Shown piece after piece: positions 15,296 to 23,319 of a stretch of 24,000 nt of DNA (position 1 is its first letter; every line of letters starts with the position of its first letter). This DNA comes from Arenicella sp. (GTDB taxonomy: Bacteria > Pseudomonadota > Gammaproteobacteria > Arenicellales > Arenicellaceae), in assembly GCA_047629535.1 (NCBI GenBank), contig JBLHXJ010000001.1, positions 41,975 through 65,974 of the forward strand, given 5' to 3'. Under the pieces are notes generated by a model. It saw only the letters and a list, made by a program, of their open reading frames with translations, searched no databases and had not been told where the DNA came from. The position numbers were made by a program, and so were the translations under genes.

Positions 15296-16569
15296 ATTTT
15301 ACCCCTTTGATTTTGCCATAAATTAGATCCAATAAACGCACAGCCGATAATAATAAACGCGATTCCTTTAACGATAAAACTAAAGTCTTGATCAAAGAAT
15401 CTCAGCAGGATCAAGGTCATGATCAGTACAAGGCCAAAATTCATTTGACTGCTACTATTGTCATCAATACCACGCCATAAGTACCAAACGCCCAACGATA
15501 GAACAAGGCTATTGGCAAGCAGAGAAAATAGATCGGGTCGCCAACTTGATACTGGTATAAAAGCCACAGCCAATGAGAATAATAGGGCGCTGCCTAAGGG
15601 TAATAGGTCCGTTCGTTTAGAGCGCAAAGCCCACGCTAAGCCGATAACAGCAAAAACAAGCAGCAGTAACTCAGGCGAGAGTAGTCGCTCTAAGCTAAAA
15701 CCCGAGTCAGAGCTAGCTGATTGCCATATGTCGGTGAAGGTATAAACTAACAGGTTGAGGGCGATGCCCGCCGCGCCTAAATTACTAAACGGCCGATTCC
15801 AAAATCCATGTTTTGGTTCAGTAAAACTACCTAAGAAATAAATTGAAGCAGCGCCTCCCATAAATACTAATACGGCAATACTCAGGCTATCCGTCGCCGC
15901 GATAGGACTGAGCAGAATCGAAACTGAAAAGCCGAGCGCAAATAGCCAACCGATCAAGCGGTTTTTTTGGTCGCGTCCATAAGGCTCAAGTAGAAAATGA
16001 AATGGTAACAAGGCCGCCGCGCAAAGCCAATAGTCACCTTGATGCAAGGCGGCCATCCAAGCAGCCAATAGCATCGCCAGTATCGCTGTCAGCTTGGCCC
16101 TAAGCAAATACACAAATGGCAACACCAACAGAAACCATAGCGTTTGAAACGACTGAAAATCATTGCTGATATGATAAGTTTGCCCGACCAGAGCAATAGA
16201 TGCTGGCACCGCACAAAACATCAATGCCGCCGTCGCTTCACGCCACGCTGCACCGCGTGGTTTTGGGAACAAAGCCAGCAAAGCCAAAATTTGAGAGATA
16301 ATTAAAGGTGACAAGGCTAACAGCATCCGGCTAACCCGACTCATTTGATCCCAATTATGGGCAAAGATCATAATGATGCCGCCGCCGATCAAGAGCCCGC
16401 CCACAGCCGCCAAAATGATGGTCATTTTTGACAAACCTTGAGGCTCATCGGCTAGCGTATCCAAGTTAAAATATTCGCCTAAACTGCTAGCGGCACGCTG
16501 GTTTAATACACCCTTAGAGAGTAGCTCTGGCAATTCACTGGCAAGCCACTGGCGATGTCCCTGACTCAT
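15292..16569 (-). CDS. Polytopic membrane protein (DUF2157/DUF4401-like), operonic with the GDYXXLXY gene
   Basis: 425 aa. A soluble N-terminal region of about 45 aa is followed by about 11-12 hydrophobic helices. AGGAG lies 7 nt upstream of ATG 16569. The 4-nt overlap with the downstream gene indicates co-translation. Confidence 0.7.
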   Translation of the reverse strand: MSQGHRQWLASELPELLSKGVLNQRAASSLGEYFNLDTLADEPQGLSKMTIILAAVGGLLIGGGIIMIFAHNWDQMSRVSRMLLALSPLIISQILALLALFPKPRGAAWREATAALMFCAVPASIALVGQTYHISNDFQSFQTLWFLLVLPFVYLLRAKLTAILAMLLAAWMAALHQGDYWLCAAALLPFHFLLEPYGRDQKNRLIGWLFALGFSVSILLSPIAATDSLSIAVLVFMGGAASIYFLGSFTEPKHGFWNRPFSNLGAAGIALNLLVYTFTDIWQSASSDSGFSLERLLSPELLLLVFAVIGLAWALRSKRTDLLPLGSALLFSLAVAFIPVSSWRPDLFSLLANSLVLSLGVWYLWRGIDDNSSSQMNFGLVLIMTLILLRFFDQDFSFIVKGIAFIIIGCAFIGSNLWQNQRGKI

Positions 16570-17044
16570 ATAAAGCTCCTAATATTCGATCCTATGTAAG
16601 TTAACTAAGCTCTGTTGTCTGATCATGCATGAAAAAATAGTTTGCTGCAAAACGGTGCTTAATACGAGTCGAGCTTGCGCCCGTCTCTTTTCTTCGGTCA
16701 ACATCAGGTGCCTTCGTGGTTCAGTTCTGGTTCGACACCCGCCGGCCGATCGCTGTGAGCCAATCTTTTGTATTTTATTTCTCGAGCTTGAGTTACCAAA
16801 CTGATTCAGCTAAGGCGACTGCTATCAATCCGGGCAGTCTAGCGCGCTACTTGAACCGCATCGTGCGCAACATGGTTTTCTTCGGAAATAATAACGCTAA
16901 CAATTCAGCGCGGCATAAAAATTTTTGTTACCTTAAGCATTCTGCATTCTGCATTCTGAGCTCGGGCAATTTTGACCAACAATCTTGCTTAGCAGCGCTG
17001 GTTTGAAACTAACTGTTATACTGATTGAAAATCAATAAAAAACG

Positions 17045-19603
17045 ATGATGAATAACGCCTCTGACTCAGTTCAACAAGCGCTAAAAATAGCCGAAGCCTC
17101 CGATCACAACACCATGCTGTTAGTGCTCGGAATCACTGGCCTACTTGCCTTAGCGGTGCTGGTTGTGCCATTAGCGGCCAGGCTTAAAATTCCCTTTACA
17201 GTCATGCTGGCGGCGGTTGGTGTACTCATCGGTCTGGGCTCAGAAATTATTTTGCTCGCGCCTGGACTTGGGTTTTTACATGAATTTATACAGGCACTCA
17301 ATTCTTTAGAGATCACCTCGGATGCGGTGTTCTTTGTGTTTTTGCCGGCGCTGGTATTTGAATCTGCATTAGCCATCGATGTGCGTCGCCTGTTCGACGA
17401 TATATCGCCAATTCTGATGTTGGCAATTGTTGGCCTATTGATTTCAACAGCGGTGGTTGGTTTCACCATGTCCTATATAACCCATGTTCCCTTGCTGGTG
17501 TGCTTGTTATTGGGGGCGATTGTGTCGGCAACTGACCCGGTCGCGGTAGTTGCTATTTTTAAAGACTTAGGAGCTCCGCAGCGCTTAGCAATTCTGGTAG
17601 AAGGCGAAAGCTTATTTAATGATGCTACTGCGATTGTGGTGTTCACCATTATCTCCGCTATGCTACTAGGCCAATCTGACCCGACCTTGCTTAGTGGCAT
17701 TGCCTCTTTTGTTAAAGTATTTTTTGGCGGCATTATCGTCGGCTACTTAACGGCTCGACTGATCTGCTTTTTGCTAGTGCACATTGGCGACTCCAATTTG
17801 CCGAAAATCACACTGACCATTTCTCTCGCTTACTTATCTTTCATAATCGCCGAGCATAGCCTTCATGTGTCGGGCGTTATGGCGGTGGTGACGGCGGCCT
17901 TGGTGCTCGGCTCACGCGGGCGCAGTGTGATTACTCAGAGTGCCTGGCACGGGCTCGAGGAAGTCTGGGAGCAGATCGGCTTTGTGGCTAATTCGGTGAT
18001 TTTTATTCTGGTTGGTTTAAAAGTGCCGTCGATTATGGCGGCCATGGACAGTCAACAATTTATCTGGCTAGCGGCGTTACTACTGGCTGGGTTTACTGCG
18101 CGCTTTGCGATTATCTTTGGTTTGGTACCGGTGATGAGCAAGTTTGGTTGGTCAGCGCCAGTGAGTACTGGCTACCGAGCTGTGATGTTCTGGGGTGGTC
18201 TGCGCGGCGCGGTGTCTCTGGCATTGGCATTAGCGGTTATCGAAAATGATGCTTTTGCGCCGGAAATCCAGGAATTTCTGGGCGTCATGGTGACCGGTTT
18301 CGTGCTCTTCACCTTAGCCATTAACGCCACCACCGTGCCACTTGTAATGCGCGCCTTTGGCCTTGCCAAACTCGGCCCTGCCGATGTTGCGATTCGTGAT
18401 CGAGCGTTTTCAAAAGCCATGGTTAATGTAAGCGAGCGAGTGAAAGGAACCTCGCGCGCCTTACACATTGGCGAAGAGCGAACCAATCAGGTGGTAAAAC
18501 CCTATGAGCAACTAATTCAAGCGAGTTCAAACAAAGTCGCCAGTAATAATCTAAGTGAAGATGACTGGCTGTTGATCGGCTTACGCATGATCTGCATGAA
18601 CGAAAATAAAGCCTATGCAAAGATGTTGGATCAAGGTGAGGTTTCGCCTGATACCGCGCGTAGTCTTTTCCGCCAAGCCGCTGACCTCAGTGATAGCATC
18701 AAGCATCGCGGGCTAGATGCTTATCTAGATGATTATCGCCGCAAACTCGGTTTTCACTGGCATACCAAGTTAGCAATGAAGGTACAACGGTCTTTTGGGT
18801 ATACCCGTTTGTTGGCAAATAATTTGGCCAACCGCTTTCAGGTTCTGGAGGCCGAGTGCACCGTATTACATGAACTAAAGGGCAATGTTGCTACACAACT
18901 CACCGATATGATCGGTTCTGAGGCAACCGTCAAACTGCAACAGATATTGGCTCGTCGTGACCTTGAAACAGAGCAAGCTTTAGAAGTACTTCGAGTTTGC
19001 TATCCGGAGTACGCCAAAGCACTCGAGAAAAGAGCATTGCAACAAACCGCCATGCGCTTGGAAGAGAACCAATATAAGGAAATGATGGCGAGTTCGCTGA
19101 TCAACAAAGAAGTTGCCAGCGAATTAAAAGAGGGTATGAGCGAGCGCTATCAAGAACTCCAACAAAAACTGAGCCTCGATTTGGGACTGGATGCTAAAGC
19201 GCTGGTTGCTAAAATGAATTTCTTTAAGAACTTAGATCAAAGCGCCCAGAACGATATTGCTAAATTGCTTAAACCTCGATTAGCGCTGCCGGGCGAGGTT
19301 ATTTTTGAAAAAGGAGGTCCGCCAGATGCTATGTATTTTATTTCCTCCGGCGCAAGCAGAGTTGTATTGGACCAGCACACCGTCATTATTGGTAGCGGTG
19401 ATTGTTTCGGAGAGATGGCCTTGCTGCAACAAAAGCCGCGTATTGCCAGTGTTATTTCTGATGGTTTTAGTGAGCTTTTGGTACTGCATACCAAGGACTT
19501 TAATCAGATGCTCAATAAGGATCATGCATTGCGGGAGCAGATAGAAAAAATCGCTCAGCAACGAACTATAGAGAATCAAAGCGGCCTTCCAGCTAAGCTG
19601 TAG
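17045..19603 (+). CDS. CPA1-family (NhaP-type) Na+(K+)/H+ antiporter fused to a long helical linker and a C-terminal cyclic-nucleotide-binding domain
   Basis: The exchanger core (aa ~20-440) has VSATDPVAV, ESLFNDATAIV and WGGLRGAVSLALAL. A mostly helical region of about 270 aa follows. The CNBD (nt ~19214-19530) has LPGEVIFEKGGPPDAMYFISSG and FGEMALLQQKPRIASVIS. Confidence 0.9.
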   Translation: MMNNASDSVQQALKIAEASDHNTMLLVLGITGLLALAVLVVPLAARLKIPFTVMLAAVGVLIGLGSEIILLAPGLGFLHEFIQALNSLEITSDAVFFVFLPALVFESALAIDVRRLFDDISPILMLAIVGLLISTAVVGFTMSYITHVPLLVCLLLGAIVSATDPVAVVAIFKDLGAPQRLAILVEGESLFNDATAIVVFTIISAMLLGQSDPTLLSGIASFVKVFFGGIIVGYLTARLICFLLVHIGDSNLPKITLTISLAYLSFIIAEHSLHVSGVMAVVTAALVLGSRGRSVITQSAWHGLEEVWEQIGFVANSVIFILVGLKVPSIMAAMDSQQFIWLAALLLAGFTARFAIIFGLVPVMSKFGWSAPVSTGYRAVMFWGGLRGAVSLALALAVIENDAFAPEIQEFLGVMVTGFVLFTLAINATTVPLVMRAFGLAKLGPADVAIRDRAFSKAMVNVSERVKGTSRALHIGEERTNQVVKPYEQLIQASSNKVASNNLSEDDWLLIGLRMICMNENKAYAKMLDQGEVSPDTARSLFRQAADLSDSIKHRGLDAYLDDYRRKLGFHWHTKLAMKVQRSFGYTRLLANNLANRFQVLEAECTVLHELKGNVATQLTDMIGSEATVKLQQILARRDLETEQALEVLRVCYPEYAKALEKRALQQTAMRLEENQYKEMMASSLINKEVASELKEGMSERYQELQQKLSLDLGLDAKALVAKMNFFKNLDQSAQNDIAKLLKPRLALPGEVIFEKGGPPDAMYFISSGASRVVLDQHTVIIGSGDCFGEMALLQQKPRIASVISDGFSELLVLHTKDFNQMLNKDHALREQIEKIAQQRTIENQSGLPAKL

Positions 19604-19644
19604 AGAAGATCAGACTAGATCTAGGTTTTACTTAAACGCTTAGA

Positions 19645-19674
19645 AATTGGATGCTTTTTAAGTAGCATCCAATT
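19645..19674. terminator. Bidirectional rho-independent terminator candidate between convergent genes
   Basis: A perfect 11-bp stem, aattggatgct (19645-19655) and agcatccaatt (19664-19674), with an 8-nt loop. Both flanks are A/T-rich. It sits between stop 19603 (+) and stop 19693 (-). Confidence 0.55.
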
Positions 19675-19692
19675 CAATATACCTAATCGGCA

Positions 19693-19965
19693 TCAGATAG
19701 AGGCTAAGCTTTCTGCCGAGGATTGAACGCTTATAGTTTGCTCGCCAACCAGGCTATCAGCAACAATATGCATTGCATGGTTGATTGCTTGCTGACTGTT
19801 TTTGAGGCTGAAGATTTCAAAATTGGCAACTTCTGGCTGTGTAACAGCGACTATTTTTTCAATCCGCTGAGTAGCGCCTGTAGCGGTCTCTTTTGATTCA
19901 GCAAGTACAGATTGTGTGGCTGATAAAGTTAGAATAAGTGCTAGGCAAATTGATAAATTTTTCAT
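19693..19965 (-). CDS. Small secreted hypothetical protein
   Basis: 90 aa with the signal peptide MKNLSICLALILTLSATQSVLA|E. I recognise no family. Confidence 0.5.
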   Translation of the reverse strand: MKNLSICLALILTLSATQSVLAESKETATGATQRIEKIVAVTQPEVANFEIFSLKNSQQAINHAMHIVADSLVGEQTISVQSSAESLASI

Positions 19966-20190
19966 GAGATGGTGTTTCCAGTTTATGTTCTTTTAGAGGC
20001 GTCATCGCCGCTTACGTAAACTTAGATGCTGCTTTTAATAAAATGGATTCAAAAAATATCGAGTATTGTAAATAGCGATGCAATACCCCAGCCCTAGCTT
20101 ACGAGCGGCCGAGTGGCAATCACCTCATTGTAGGTTCAGCTTGTCAGTCGCTCCTTAACTTGCGGCATAATGCGCCTACTTACCGGCACG

Positions 20191-20562
20191 CTATCTCGCT
20201 TCGCAATGGTCAAGATACCAGTCACAGAAGTGGTCCGCGGCAGTGACGGGGTCGTGCGGTGTTGACATATCAGAGCGATGCGCACGCAGAAAAATTGGCG
20301 GCAGAAATTGTTCCAGTTGATTCGGGCTATCACTGTGCAGCACCTTGTTGCCTGTCAGCAATGCCGGTGCGCCTTTGCAGTAGGCGATGTTAGCGATCTG
20401 AACAAGCTCTGATTTATTCGCACTATTGACGCTCAATGTGCGCGGCCCGCTATCGACTTGATTCTGATCGATAATTAACTGTAATTTGTCGGCGCGAGCT
20501 TGTTCCCGTACGCGAGCTTCGCGTTCATCGGAGTAGATCAATACCTGGTGTACAAACAGCAT
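20191..20562 (-). CDS. Hypothetical ORF of doubtful reality
   Basis: The ORF-track start at 20568 is a TTG and the first ATG is at 20562. I recognise no motif and no convincing RBS. It lies in a region that otherwise looks decayed and abuts a plus-strand hydrolase remnant, so it may be non-coding. Confidence 0.2.
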   Translation of the reverse strand: MLFVHQVLIYSDEREARVREQARADKLQLIIDQNQVDSGPRTLSVNSANKSELVQIANIAYCKGAPALLTGNKVLHSDSPNQLEQFLPPIFLRAHRSDMSTPHDPVTAADHFCDWYLDHCEAR

Positions 20563-20804
20563 CGCCAAAAAGTGATGTTCCTCTGCTGTTGTTCAGCGGC
20601 ACCTTAGACGGCCTACCTATATTGAGAGTCAGCAGCAAGCGATCGCAGGGCTAAGCAATAGCACCGCAATTATGGTTGTCAATGCTGGGCATAATTGGTT
20701 TAAGTCTTCACCTAAAGTCGCCAAAAATCACCGAGACAATCGAGCCATTTATGCGCGACGAGGAAATTAAGATTAGGGAAATCGAGGTATCGCTGCCGTT
20801 TTAG
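20562..20804 (+). pseudogene. Frameshifted C-terminal remnant of an alpha/beta hydrolase (TAP-like C-terminal region)
   Basis: Three frames join into SPKSDVPLLLFSGTLDG / PTYIESQQQAIAGLSNSTAIMVVNAGHNWFKSSPKVAK / ITETIEPFMRDEEIKIREIEVSLPF*. This reproduces the canonical alpha/beta-hydrolase C-terminus (vPvLlxxGxxDxxTP ... aGH ... xxF). It requires a 1-nt shift near 20611 and another in the A5 run at 20723-20727. No upstream nucleophile region is present. Confidence 0.5.
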
Positions 20805-20822
20805 TCGCAACACCTTAGAGAG

Positions 20823-20851
20823 TTGAAATACAATAAGGCAAAGCCTATACC
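20823..20851 (+). promoter_or_regulatory. Candidate sigma70-type promoter for the alpha/beta hydrolase gene
   Basis: TTGAAA (20823-20828), a 17-bp spacer, then TATACC (20846-20851), 26 nt upstream of ATG 20877. This is a pattern match only. Confidence 0.3.
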
Positions 20852-20876
20852 GCCTGCATCATGTTAAGATCTGAAG

Positions 20877-22031
20877 ATGAAAATATTGAAGATACTTATA
20901 AAATGGAGCTTACTGTTTTGGACTATAGTTGGACTTGTATTGGTCGCTATGTGGTGGCTAAACGCACCACAAGATTTAGCTGAAAATAGCCAGTCACTGG
21001 CGAGGCTAGATCGGGCCGCCTATTCGGTTGGCAAGGTCGATCTGGAGATTCTCGACCTTTCTCGCGAGACGCCCGCGTTGGGTGATTTTGAGGGCGATGA
21101 TAAGCGAACTCTCAACGGTACAATCTGGTTTCCTAATGAGAAAAAATCGACCTACCCCTTGATTGTATATAGTCATGGCTTCGCTAGCTATCATAAGGAA
21201 AGTACCCACATTGCAAAGTATCTTGCGAGTAATGGTTACATAGTCGCGGCAGTGGATTTTCCATTGAGCAAGAATACCTCGCCAGCAGGTGTTCCTCAGC
21301 TGGTCGATGTTGTCAATCAGCCGGGCGACGTGAGCGCCGTGATTGATCATATATTGAAGTTGAACACTGATTCCGACAGCGCCCTATATCAGCAAGTTGA
21401 GGCAGATAATATTGGCGCAATGGGCTTGTCATTGGGTGGGCTTACCACCGCGTTAGTCTCCTTTCATCCAGACCGTAAAGACTCGCGGATAAAAGCAGCG
21501 ATAATGATGGCTCCGCCTTTGGAGGGTTTTAGTGATAAGTTTTATGCCACCAATCCCGAGGTAAAGTCGTTATTGATATCGGGTTCTATGGATAGAGTGG
21601 TGCCAGAGCCTAAGAATGCTACTGAGGTTATCGCACGCCACCCCAATGGTTGGTTTATCAGCATCGATAAAGGCACACACTTAGGTTTTGCTGACGTAGG
21701 CAGCCCACTCCGATGGATGGAAAATCCAGATAATTTAGGTTGCCTATTTATGAACATGATGTTGCCGAAGCTCGAGCTGCCAGAACGCTGGGATGCAGTG
21801 CTAGCCAACACCGGTGGTGTGCTGCGTGATGTGGCCGCGGCCCCACCTTGCCCCAAGTTACCGGGCGAATCAATCAACGGCTTAAAGCAACAGTGGCTAA
21901 CCCGCCTCGCGGCCGGTTCGTTCTTTGATATGCATTTACAATCAGGCGATCGCGCGATCTCGGCGAGTGAGTTTTTCACATCAAAGCTGAGTTCTGAGAA
22001 CCCGGCGATTCGTTTGACGGCTCCGCGCTAG
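20877..22031 (+). CDS. Membrane-anchored/secreted alpha/beta hydrolase (PAF-acetylhydrolase / dienelactone-hydrolase-like lipase/esterase)
   Basis: N-terminal hydrophobic anchor WSLLFWTIVGLVLVAMWW. PLIVYSHGFASYHKESTHIAKYLASNGYIVAAVDFP is present. The nucleophile elbow is GAMGLSLGG (GxSxG). The candidate acid is in ISGSMDRVVP and the candidate His is in DKGTHLGF. Confidence 0.85.
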   Translation: MKILKILIKWSLLFWTIVGLVLVAMWWLNAPQDLAENSQSLARLDRAAYSVGKVDLEILDLSRETPALGDFEGDDKRTLNGTIWFPNEKKSTYPLIVYSHGFASYHKESTHIAKYLASNGYIVAAVDFPLSKNTSPAGVPQLVDVVNQPGDVSAVIDHILKLNTDSDSALYQQVEADNIGAMGLSLGGLTTALVSFHPDRKDSRIKAAIMMAPPLEGFSDKFYATNPEVKSLLISGSMDRVVPEPKNATEVIARHPNGWFISIDKGTHLGFADVGSPLRWMENPDNLGCLFMNMMLPKLELPERWDAVLANTGGVLRDVAAAPPCPKLPGESINGLKQQWLTRLAAGSFFDMHLQSGDRAISASEFFTSKLSSENPAIRLTAPR

Positions 22032-22064
22032 CGACGAGTCTGAGTGACTTGGCTTGATTGCGTA

Positions 22065-23315
22065 TCAGCGGTTCGCCGTTAATACGCCTTCAAGATAGTC
22101 TAATGCATTGGGGTCATTCGACTGGCCTAGCCAAAAGAAAGCTTCTTTTTTTACCGACCTCTCGGTTGCGGTTTCAATCAGTTCGCTTAGCGCCGGTGTT
22201 GATTGGCTTGATTTTAATTGCGCTAATGCGAAGACTGCTTTTTTCTTGATTGACGCGGGGCCTTTGCCCTTTGCCAAAGCCATTAAAATTGACACAGGGT
22301 TTTCATCTTCATTTTGTGAGAGCCAGAAAATAGCTTGCTGCTGCACTTCACTATCGGCGGGATTTTGTGCCAACTTAATTAGCTGCTGCCAGCTTGCCTT
22401 GGTGCTTATTTGTGCCAATGAAAAAACGGCTTTCTTTCGTACATAATTGTTGTCACTATTTTGCAAGATATAGTCGATTACATTAGCCGCCTTTGAGTTG
22501 TAATTCTGAGCCAGCCAAAACACCGATTCGGCCTGAATTTCTTGATTATCGCTGTGCATAGCAAGCTGCACTAATTTTTCAGATGAACTTTCATCGCTGT
22601 TTACACTTAATGCAAAAACCGCCTTGAGCCCCGCTGTATGGTCTCTCGCGTTGTCATCAACAATGCTTAATAGCGATTCATAGCCCGCCCTATTTCTGGC
22701 TTGGCCAAGCCAGAATATCGATTCATGTTTTAGCTTTTTGGAATCACTCTCTGTGAATCTCTCGAGCAATTTATGGGCGTCACTACCCTGATGCAATGCA
22801 ATCGCCGCCAAGGCCGAATGCCCCACTTGCGTGCTCTTTGTGTCTCTTTCAGCAAGCCCTTTGAGAAACAAAATACTTGGCTTTTGTGCGACGCCATTTA
22901 TTCTGTAAACAAGATTGCTGCCGGTCTTTACCTTGCATTCGCTGCCGGCCAAGAAAAGATCTGAAGCTTCGCCGCGGTTGATCTTGAAATAGACATTCAG
23001 CACTTTCGAATCTACCGACTGGCTGATAGAAGAAGACCAATTATTAGTTCTATTGTCGAGGCTGCAACTCGATTCGGTATCGCTTATTAGGCAGCAGGGC
23101 ATACCGTTATTAGCTTCCATCGCCACTTGATAGCTAAACCATTTGCCGTTGCTATCAGCGACTGCGCCGATGGTCTTGGCTATACTGTGTTGCAACTCTA
23201 TGACTTGTTGCTTGCTGCTCAATAGCTTGGTCTCGGCATTCGATGGTAGTGCCGTTAGTAATAGTGAAAGCGCGAACGCTTCTGCAATGATACTGAATAC
23301 TTTTAAATTGCGCAT
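22065..23315 (-). CDS. Periplasmic HEAT-repeat protein with Cys-containing N-terminal domain
   Basis: ATG 23315 lies 8 nt after GAGGA and gives the signal peptide MRNLKVFSIIAEAFALSLLLTALPSNA|E. The ORF-track start at 23330 is a GTG. The C-terminal ~230 aa alternates FWL(G/A/S)Q and (K)AVF(A/S)L(A/S)x helices: ESIFWLGQ, LKAVFALSV, ESVFWLAQ, KKAVFSLAQ, QAIFWLSQ, KKAVFALAQ, EAFFWLGQ. Confidence 0.8.
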   Translation of the reverse strand: MRNLKVFSIIAEAFALSLLLTALPSNAETKLLSSKQQVIELQHSIAKTIGAVADSNGKWFSYQVAMEANNGMPCCLISDTESSCSLDNRTNNWSSSISQSVDSKVLNVYFKINRGEASDLFLAGSECKVKTGSNLVYRINGVAQKPSILFLKGLAERDTKSTQVGHSALAAIALHQGSDAHKLLERFTESDSKKLKHESIFWLGQARNRAGYESLLSIVDDNARDHTAGLKAVFALSVNSDESSSEKLVQLAMHSDNQEIQAESVFWLAQNYNSKAANVIDYILQNSDNNYVRKKAVFSLAQISTKASWQQLIKLAQNPADSEVQQQAIFWLSQNEDENPVSILMALAKGKGPASIKKKAVFALAQLKSSQSTPALSELIETATERSVKKEAFFWLGQSNDPNALDYLEGVLTANR

Positions 23316-23319
23316 TGGT

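Noticed and set aside
16729-16735. GGTTCGA, a tRNA T-loop-like motif that could suggest a tRNA or tRNA-fragment attachment site
   Set aside because: The flanking bases cannot form a T-stem (tctgg versus cccgc), and no acceptor, D or anticodon arms can be drawn.
16716-17006. 96-aa ORF in the long intergenic region
   Set aside because: It has a GTG start with no RBS and no recognisable family. It includes the gcattct microsatellite and a low-complexity sequence. It is more likely non-coding leader or promoter DNA.
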